From an uncultured Chloroflexia bacterium (GTDB lineage: Bacteria > Chloroflexota > Limnocylindria > Limnocylindrales > CSP1-4): 64,000 nucleotides of DNA. Shown here one piece after another: positions 57,601 to 64,000 of this stretch. The notes beneath the pieces are model-generated. The model was not told the origin of the DNA. It did no database searches and saw nothing but the letters and a program-made list of their open reading frames with translations. The position numbers and the translations under genes are program-made. The first letter of the stretch is position 1. Every line of letters starts with the position of its first letter. The stretch covers positions 2,135,402 through 2,199,401 of the forward strand of contig OY970185.1 in assembly GCA_963708015.1 (NCBI GenBank). Direction: 5' to 3'.

Positions 57601-58372
57601 AAACGAGGAGGAGGGCGAGGCCGGGCCCGGCATCGAGGAGATCCCGGTCGTGGTGCTCGAGCGCTGGGCGGCCACGGCGCCCCCCGGCGAACCGCCGAGC
57701 CCGGCCCGGATGGCGACCCTCCGCCGGCGCTACCACGAGCTGGGCGCTGCAAATCCGGCGGCGATCGAGGAGTACGCCGAGCTGAAAGCCCGCCTCGACG
57801 GCCTCGAAGCACAGGAGAACGATCTGCGCGAAGCGATCGGGACGACCCGCGGGCTGATCGACGAGCTGGCCCGGATGGTCTCGGAGCAGTTTCGGACAAC
57901 CTTCGAGCATCTCGAGGTCGCCTTCGACGAGCGCTTCCGGCAGCTCTTTGGGGGCGGCTACGCCCGGCTCGAGCTGACCGACCCGGAGGACCTGTCGCTG
58001 ACCGGGGTCGAGATCGTGGCCCGGCCACCGGGCAAGAAGGCCCAGGCCCTGGCGATGCTCTCTGGCGGCGAGCGGGCGCTGACCGCGGTCGCCCTCCTGT
58101 TCGCGATGCTCGCCGTTCGGCCGGTCCCATTCTGCGTCCTGGACGAGGTCGATGCCGCCCTCGACGAAGCGAACATCGGGCGGTTCGCCGATGCCCTGAG
58201 GTCGCTGGCCGACCAGACCCAGTTCATCGTGATCACCCACAACCGGGGCACGATCGAGGCGGCCGACGCGCTCTACGGCGTGACCGTCGGCGACGATTCG
58301 GTCAGCCGGGTCATCAGCCTGCGACTTGACGAGGCGACGGCGATCGCCGAACGAACAGCAGCGGCCTCCTGA
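54665..58372 (+). CDS. smc: chromosome partition protein Smc
   Basis: N-terminal Walker A GPNGSGKSNLADGL, long coiled coils, hinge, C-terminal LSGGERALTAVALLFA signature + Walker B/D-loop. Confidence 0.95.
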   Translation: MTGARLLALRLQGFKSFADRTSVEFGPGISAVVGPNGSGKSNLADGLRWALGEQGRALRSRKSEDVIFAGSDRRPALGMADVSLVLDNADGLLPLDFQVLELGRRLYRSGENDYLLNRGRVRLKDLVELLDGAHLADNAFLFIGQGMVDQALALRPEERRPLFEEVAGVRRHERRRRRAEEQLAEAEANLARVQDILGELRPQVRRLAAQADQQADRSNAGEALASALVASAHARWHAAAAQAAVALERVERTGTEVDRLVGALGEAEAGLAEIAAGLARRTAVELERRDALESARAALAGLQLAAGRQAAELEAARRDRIRLDEERAAAEAELAARRRALARPVPERDSALQASLEEAELGLADARRELAALEAASQAEGQERAALERAMAARTADHDAARRQLADAERRAAEERRRSSESATEHAGLEAALQAARADHRAAIEAELAAARDVDAARAEADAADGARRAADERAAASGAALAAIGSRLAAATARQAEEEARGIARAARRLGGRRVDAGLQVDPAFRAAVEAALGELARGYLVERTAVGELAGERGWLILASAAGSAGRPSSGAAGAPADVPPTAAFRDRLAAVGGGLLSDAIRRDELGAARTLLERTAWAPDLDAALELQPVLPPGWQVVVRDGRALVAGRAVALGRADGSLERQGELERIEAEQARLNRDGASAEAAAQEAAARAGGARQRVEAARAEEARIGAARRAAEEAERVAARRVERLAREAAWHEAAAVRTDAELVRRRAALADLEGAAGQSAAGDQPAGRDATSGDALPTRRASAIETWQRRVGDLRSRRDRLAAEFAEREGLRLSAEAAHARDEAGASISRDQIERADRQVRELAERETEISVERDRLALDLATAASREERLAAALAEVREADSVDRERLAVAESAVTAVRDRLRSAEDRHRSAEVAELETRLALDLIREQAVAEIGGLGLLGLQALGLPVPQALGLPAPDRPSAAVATNEEEGEAGPGIEEIPVVVLERWAATAPPGEPPSPARMATLRRRYHELGAANPAAIEEYAELKARLDGLEAQENDLREAIGTTRGLIDELARMVSEQFRTTFEHLEVAFDERFRQLFGGGYARLELTDPEDLSLTGVEIVARPPGKKAQALAMLSGGERALTAVALLFAMLAVRPVPFCVLDEVDAALDEANIGRFADALRSLADQTQFIVITHNRGTIEAADALYGVTVGDDSVSRVISLRLDEATAIAERTAAAS

Positions 58373-58373
58373 G

Positions 58374-59666
58374 GTGTTCTGGCGCCGGAAACCGAAGGAC
58401 GACGAACAGGCGGAACCGGCCCCAGGGCAGGCGGTCGAGCCGGAGCTCGTTCCACCCGGCTGGGAGCCTGATCCGGCGGACTTCCTGGATGCGGCGCCGG
58501 AAGCGCCGGTCCCGGCGGCAGTGCCGGTTCCAGCAGAAGCGCCGGTCCCGGCGGCAGCGCCGGAGCCGGCTATCGAGCAACCCGCCGGGGTCGCGCCCGT
58601 GGCCGTGCCGGCCCTGCCGGGCGAGCCCGTGGCCGAGTCGGCCCCGGCAGGCGAGCCCGAACCCTCCCGGCCGGCCGACTCGGGAGCCATCTCCGCCCCG
58701 GCCGCCCAGCCGGGTCCGGCGATCTACCCGGGCTGGCCGGTCCCGGTCGTGCCTACCCCCGAACAGGTCGAAGCCGGCCTCGAGCAGGGTGTCGCCCGGA
58801 GCCGAACCGGGTTCGTATCGCGCCTCCGCGGCCTGCTCGGCGGGACCGGCGTGGACGAGCCCTCGTGGGATGACGTCGAGGAGACCCTGATCGGAGGTGA
58901 CGTCGGCGGGGCGCTCGCCGCCGAGGTCGTCGATCGAGCCCGCCGGAGGCATGATCCGGGCGGCAACCTGGCCGGCGTACGGGCCGAGCTGGCCGCCCTG
59001 CTCGTTCCCCGGGACCTCGACTGGCGGCCTCGCCCGGCCGGCGAAGGTCAGCCCGCGGTCGTCCTGATCGTGGGCGTGAACGGGACGGGCAAGACGACCA
59101 CGATCGGCAAGCTCGCCAGCCGCTACCGGGCCGAGGGCCTGAACGTGATCCTGGCTGCTGCCGACACGTTCCGGGCCGCCGCGATCGAGCAGCTCGGGAT
59201 CTGGGCCGGCCGCTCAGGCAGCACGATGATCGCCCACGCCCCGGGCGCCGATCCCGGCGCGGTCGTCTATGACGCCCTCGATGCGGCTGTCGCCCGGGGA
59301 GCCGACCTGGTGATTGCCGACACGGCCGGCCGCCTGCACACGAAGGTCAACCTGATGGACGAGCTGGCCAAGATCCGTCGGATCATTGACAAGCGCCTGC
59401 CCGGCGCCCGACCCGAGGTCCTGTTCGTGCTCGACGCGACGACCGGCCAGAACGGGCTGGCCCAGGCCCGCGCCTTCCACGAGGCGACCGGCCTGACCGG
59501 AATCGTCCTGACCAAGCTCGACTCGACTGCCAAGGGCGGGATCGTCTTCGCGATCGAGGCGGACCTCGGAGTGCCGGTCCGCTTCGTCGGCGTCGGCGAG
59601 CTGGCGAGCGACCTCCTGCCGTTCGATCCGGACGCGTTCGTCGCGGCCCTCTTCGCCGACAGCTGA
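58374..59666 (+). CDS. ftsY: signal recognition particle receptor FtsY with acidic/Pro-rich N-terminal region
   Basis: NG domain ([32 protein letters not shown]); GTG 58374 directly after smc stop preferred, TTG 58326 (47-nt overlap with smc) possible. Confidence 0.85.
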   Translation: MFWRRKPKDDEQAEPAPGQAVEPELVPPGWEPDPADFLDAAPEAPVPAAVPVPAEAPVPAAAPEPAIEQPAGVAPVAVPALPGEPVAESAPAGEPEPSRPADSGAISAPAAQPGPAIYPGWPVPVVPTPEQVEAGLEQGVARSRTGFVSRLRGLLGGTGVDEPSWDDVEETLIGGDVGGALAAEVVDRARRRHDPGGNLAGVRAELAALLVPRDLDWRPRPAGEGQPAVVLIVGVNGTGKTTTIGKLASRYRAEGLNVILAAADTFRAAAIEQLGIWAGRSGSTMIAHAPGADPGAVVYDALDAAVARGADLVIADTAGRLHTKVNLMDELAKIRRIIDKRLPGARPEVLFVLDATTGQNGLAQARAFHEATGLTGIVLTKLDSTAKGGIVFAIEADLGVPVRFVGVGELASDLLPFDPDAFVAALFADS

Positions 59667-59929
59667 CCCTCGTCCCACGCACGTCGGCGCCGGAGGCATC
59701 GGACCGCAACGGGGCCTTGCCTGTCGAGCGGGAGCCGGGGCAGGAGGCAAGCCCATGGCTGGTGCATAGCGGCACCACGAATCTGCGACGGGCACGGAGT
59801 GCTCTACAGGCCCGGATCCGAGCGTGCGCTACAATCCGGGCGCCTCGGTGCGCCAGAACTCGCGCACCAAACCGCGTGGTCTCGTGACCGCCGGACCAGC
59901 CTCAATCGATCGCGGGAGACGCGCCGTCC

Positions 59930-61275
59930 ATGTTTGACACGCTGAGCGAGCGGCTGCGCAAGACCCTCGGTTCGCTGACCGGCCGGGGCCGGGTGAGCGA
60001 GGCCGACGTCGACGCGGCGATGCGCGAGGTCCGCCTCGCCCTGCTCGAGGCGGATGTCAACTTCAAGGTCGTCCGGGATTTCGTCGCCCGGGTCCGCGAG
60101 CGGGCGGTGGGGGCGAACATCCTCGAAAGCCTGACGGCCGGCCAGCAGGTCGTGGCCATCGTCAACGAGGAGCTGACGGCCCTCCTGTCGGCCGGCGACC
60201 GGACCTTCCACCTCCAGGGCAACCCGGCCGTGGTCATGCTCGTCGGCCTCCAGGGCTCGGGCAAGACGACCTCGGCGGCCAAGCTCGCCAGGCACGCCAT
60301 CAAGCTCGGCCGGCGACCGCTCCTCGTGGCCGCCGACCCGTACCGGCCCGCTGCGGCGGACCAGCTGGCCACGCTCGGCAAGGCGCTCGATGTGCCCGTC
60401 CACCGGGCTCCGGCGGGGACGTCGGTCAACGAGATCGCCCAGGGCGGCCTCGAGGCGTCCCGCCGGCTTTCGCGCGACGTGGTCATCCTGGACACGGCGG
60501 GCCGGCTCTCGATCGACGAGGTCCTGATGGCCGAGATCGCGGCCCTGAGTGCCGCCGTGCGGCCGGTCGAGACGCTCCTCGTGGTCGACGCGATGACCGG
60601 CCAGGAGGCGGTGGCCGTGGCCCAGGCCTTTGCCGCGGCCGTGCCGATCAGCGGCCTGATCCTGACCAAGATCGACGGCGACGCCCGGGGCGGCGCGGCC
60701 CTCTCGATCAGCGCCGTGACCGGCTTGCCGGTCAAGTTCCTCGGGACCGGCGAGAAGATCGGACGCCCTGGAGGTCTTCCACCCGGATCGCCTGGCCGGC
60801 CGGATCCTGGGCATGGGCGACGTGCTGACCTTGGTCGAACGAGCCCAGGAGACGTTCGACGCGAACCAGGCCTCGAAGCTTGAAGAGAAGCTGCGCAAGT
60901 CGCAGCTTCACCCTCGAAGACTTCCTCGACCAGCTCCAGCAGGTCCAGAAGATGGGTGGCCTGAGCTCGCTCGTCGGGATGCTGCCAGGGATGGGCGGCA
61001 TGGCCAAGCAGGCCGAGGATGCCGTCAACCGGGGCGAGCTGCGCCGGACCGAGGCGATCATCCGCTCGATGACGCCCCGCGAGCGGCGCGACACGAACGT
61101 TCTCAATGCCGCCCGCCGTCGTCGGATCGCGGCCGGCTCGGGCACGACCCTGACCGACGTCAATCGTCTGGTCAAGCAGTTCGCCGAGATGCAGAAGATG
61201 ATGAAGCAGTTCTCCGGCGGAGCCGGCCGACGGACCGCCGCGGCCAGCCTGCTCGGGCGCCGACAGGCGCAGTAA
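59930..61275 (+). CDS. ffh: signal recognition particle protein Ffh, interrupted by two +1 frameshifts
   Basis: N+G domains intact to ...[11 protein letters not shown] (60757), then [30 protein letters not shown]...KLRKSQ in +1 frame (extra g ~60761), then M domain [18 protein letters not shown]...MQKMMKQF in +2 frame (extra c ~60906) to TAA 61275. Confidence 0.85.
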
Positions 61276-61336
61276 GGGGGTCAGGTCATGAGCGATCAAA
61301 TGGATCCGGAGGCGGCGCCCGAGCCCCTGAGCGTCC

Positions 61337-63080
61337 TTGAGCCGACCAGCGAGCGTGTGCCGACCGCGGCCGTCGAGGTCGTTGGCGGCGGCCCGGCCAA
61401 TGCGCCGGTCGCTCCGCCCAATCGAGCCGCGGCGCCTGAGGCTGGCCCTGGCCGCCGTCGGGGCGTCGGTCGTGATCCTCGTCGGCGCGGCCGGGTTCAC
61501 GATCGTCGCCTCGGGTGGCGCGCCGTCCGCGGTCCTGCGCCTGGGCGCCCGCGGACGCCGTGGAATACACCGAGGTCCGGGCCGACATGCCCGGCGATCA
61601 GCGGGCCAACCTGCTCGCCTTCCTGGCCCACGTTCCCGGGCTTTGCCGACCAGACCAGCTTCGACGCCAAGGCCGACGACGGGCTCGACCGGCTGGTCAA
61701 GCGAATGACCGACAACAAGCACGACTTCTCGACCGAGATCAAGCCCTGGTTCAGCGGGCAGCTCGGAATCTCCGTCGAATCGTTCGACTCGGACGCACCG
61801 GCGGCGCTGCTCGTCGCCTCGGTCCGTGATCCGCAGGCCGCGACGGCCTGGCTGAGCTCGATCGCCCCGGCCGGGGTCAGTCATGAATCGGTCGGCGGCC
61901 TCCAGGTCGCGGAGCTGGCCGGGCCGTCCGGCAGCAAGACGGCCTGGGTCGTCGACGGGTCGGTCGTGCTGGCCGGCAGCCTCGACTCGGTCAAGGCCGC
62001 AATCACCCGCGGTCCGAGCAACGCCCTGGCCAGCTCGGCCGGGTTCAAGGCCGCCCAGGCCAGCCTCGGCGGCGATGCGCTCGGCAGCGTCTACGTGGAC
62101 CTCAAGGCGATGCTCGCCGCGCTCAGCGCAGCCGAGAAGAAGATGCTCTCGCAGGTCGGAGCAGGCGCTGGCGCGGGCGGCTCGGCCGGAACCCTGGCCC
62201 TGCCGACCTTCGATCCAAGCACGGTTCCGGGCTGGGCGGCGATGCGGGTCCGGGCTGAGTCCGACCATCTTGTCCTCGACTCGGCCGTCCCGACCACGAA
62301 GGATTCCCTCAAGGTCGAAGCGCGGACGAGCCAGCTGGCGGCAGTCCTGCCGGCTGACACGGTCGTCCAGGCCGAGGGCCGGGACGTGGGCAGCACGATC
62401 AAGGCGGTTCTTGCCCAGGTCGAGGCGCAGCCGGGAGGTCCCACCGCCGCCCAGGTCGATGAGATCGCGAAGTACGTCGGCGGGGTCAATGCCGCCATCG
62501 GCTGGCTGGGCGACGCCGATCTCGTCGTGCTCGATCACTCATCGGTCTTCAGCGACGGCCTCGTCGCCCAGACGAACGATCCGACGGCCTCGGCCAATCT
62601 GCTCACCGAGCTCAAGTCGCTGGCCGGGCTGGCGGGCAGCAAGGCCGGCCTGACGATCGCGACCGAGCTCTACGCCGGGCAGACGATCACCACGGTCTCG
62701 ATCGCCGCTCCGGCGGGCAGCAACCTCCCCGGCGACAAGCTCGAGCTCGCCATCGCCCAGACCGGCAAGATCGTGATCGTGGGCATCGGTGATGGCTTCG
62801 TTAAGGCCGTGCTCGACACGAAGGCCGGTGCGGCGCTCGCCGATCAGGCCGGCTATCAGCAGGCGATTGGACCTGGCCGGGGCGACGAATGCCGGCCAGG
62901 GTTACGTCGACATGACCGGGCTGCGCACGGCGCCTGGAGGCGCTTGCCGCCAGCTCGCACAGCAGCGCCGACTATGATGCGAACATCAAGCCATACCTCG
63001 AGCCGATCTCCAGCATGGCCTGGTCGGTCTCGGTTAACGATGGGGTCGCCAACGGGCGCTGGGTGCTCGTCGTCAAGTGA
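61337..63080 (+). CDS. membrane-anchored secreted hypothetical protein (DUF3352-like), interrupted by four +1 frameshifts
   Basis: Signal-anchor ([23 protein letters not shown]) then conserved-looking mosaic ...[28 protein letters not shown] | [19 protein letters not shown]...(~400 aa)...AGYQQAI | [21 protein letters not shown] | [48 protein letters not shown] spread over three frames (shifts ~61543, ~61638, ~62879, ~62934); ATG 61288 is an alternative start. Confidence 0.55.
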
Positions 63081-63142
63081 TCGCCGTCTCACTCACGTGA
63101 ACACAGCGATGGGCGCCGGGCACGGCTGCGCTCATCGCCATC

Positions 63143-63418
63143 TTGCAGGAGGTTCCAGGGCCAATGGCCGTTCGTATCAGGCTCACCCGGGTGGGCGCCA
63201 CCAAGCAGCCGACCTATCGGCTGGTCGTTGCCGATTCGCGCAGCGCCCGCGACAGCCGCTCGATCGAGACGATCGGGCACTACAACCCGCGGACGGATCC
63301 GATCGAGCTAAAGATCGATGCCGAGCGGGCGAAGAAGTGGCTGTCCCAGGGCGCCCAGCCGTCCGATACGGTCGCTCGCCTGTTCCGCTCGGCCGGCATC
63401 CTGCCGGCGGGGAAGTAG
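63143..63418 (+). CDS. rpsP: 30S ribosomal protein S16
   Basis: [42 protein letters not shown]. Confidence 0.95.
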   Translation: MQEVPGPMAVRIRLTRVGATKQPTYRLVVADSRSARDSRSIETIGHYNPRTDPIELKIDAERAKKWLSQGAQPSDTVARLFRSAGILPAGK

Positions 63419-63420
63419 CG

Positions 63421-63655
63421 ATGGCCGCCAAGGAGCTTGGTCGAGTACGTCGCCCGCTCGCTCGTCGACCAGCCTGACCAGGTCACGGTCGAGGAAGTTC
63501 GCGACCGCGACGGGGTCGTCCTCGAGCTGCATGTCGCCGAGGACGACATGGGCAAGGTGATCGGTCGGAACGGAAGCGTGGCCAAGGCCCTCCGGACGCT
63601 GCTCAAGGTCCGGGCGGCCCGCGACGGCGAGCCGGTCTCGCTCGAGATCGTCTGA
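63421..63655 (+). CDS. KH-domain RNA-binding protein (YlqC/UPF0109), probable +1 shift right after the start
   Basis: Body (TTG 63437: VEYVARSLVDQPDQVTVEEV...VIGRNGSVAKALRTLL) is canonical. ATG 63421 (MAAKEL) joins it if one base of cttgg ~63436 is removed, giving MAAKELVEYVARSLVD. Confidence 0.75.
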
Positions 63656-64000
63656 CGGTCGAACCGAGGCGACTGGTCGTCGCCCTCGTCCGGGGCGTCC
63701 ACGGCCTGAACGGGGCACTCCGGATCGAAGTCCTGACCGATCACCCTGACGCCCGGTTCGCCCCGGGCGCCTTACTCTACCGCGAGGCATCCGGCACGCC
63801 CCTCCACGTGATCGAGGGCGCGGCAATCGCCGACGGGCCGGGCTGGCGGATCCGGCTGGCCGAGGCGCCGGACCGGAGCCTCGGCCGACGGCCTGCGGGG
63901 TGCCTATCTCGAGGCGCGATGTCCCGGAGGCCGAGGCTCGGACCAGTGATCCCACGGCCGGCTCGTGGCTGTGGCACGAGATCGTCGGACTGCCGGTTCG
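63652..64000 (+). CDS. rimM: 16S rRNA processing protein RimM (3' partial; two +1 frameshifts; no canonical start)
   Basis: RRLVVALVRGVHGLNGALRIEVLTDHPDARFAPGALL... (frame 1) -> ADGLRGAYLE (frame 2, shift ~63883) -> DVPEAEARTSDPTAGSWLWHEIVGLPV (frame 3, shift ~63910), running off the window end; only CTG precedes the conserved N-terminus. Confidence 0.7.
   Translation, partial: MTVEPRRLVVALVRGVHGLNGALRIEVLTDHPDARFAPGALLYREASGTPLHVIEGAAIADGPGWRIRLAEAPDRSLGRRPAGCLSRGAMSRRPRLGPVIPRPARGCGTRSSDCRF

Noticed and set aside
59930-64000. Programmed ribosomal frameshifting or genuine pseudogenisation as the explanation for the shifted genes
   Set aside because: Too many events, all simple +1 insertions in short homopolymer-like runs, hitting essential genes (ffh, rimM, fmt) with no known recoding; sequencing/assembly error is the simplest explanation, though it cannot be proven from sequence alone.

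Overview
This 64-kb window is a very GC-rich (roughly 70% by eye) stretch of bacterial chromosome with a housekeeping backbone that runs almost entirely on the + strand. Gene content and order are typical of a monoderm, Gram-positive-like lineage (rapZ-yvcK-whiA, tpiA-gpmA-secG, rpmB/DAK2-recG-rsmD-coaD-yceD-rpmF-plsX-acpP-rnc-smc-ftsY-ffh-rpsP-KH-rimM, LCP protein, type-2 ileS); a high-GC Actinomycetota or Chloroflexota genome is the best guess, probably a draft or MAG assembly. Features called: about 58 CDS, 8 tRNAs (two tRNA-Leu + tRNA-Val around a small DinB_2 islet; a Phe-Gly-Gln-Cys cluster; tRNA-Leu(TAA)), a few GC hairpins, and one 2 x 30-bp tandem repeat. No rRNA, CRISPR array, transposase, integrase, phage gene or recognisable defence system was found, and the 'undescribed system' hint could not be backed by a cassette. 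The most striking signal is technical or biological damage. At least 12 single-nucleotide +1 frameshifts fall in short G/C or T runs inside highly conserved genes (htpX, fmt, a coiled-coil gene, nusB, ffh x2, a secreted DUF3352-like gene x4, the KH gene, rimM x2), with about 9 packed into the last 4 kb. Several conserved genes also lack a canonical start codon exactly where their homology begins, twice with ATC in that position. Other points worth a second look are a ~110-aa Ser/Pro/Ala/Gly-rich insertion inside the SecF periplasmic domain, a membrane-anchored YvcK, a TatA with an unusually long Ala/Pro tail, a PLDc_N-SHOCT / secreted protein / LemA / HtpX membrane module, an orphan REC-ParA (CpaE/TadZ-like) ATPase, an envelope-protein islet split by tRNA-Leu(TAA), and nusB sitting where fab genes normally lie between plsX and acpP. 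The six-frame track is dominated by long antisense and overlapping ORFs that are GC-frame artefacts.
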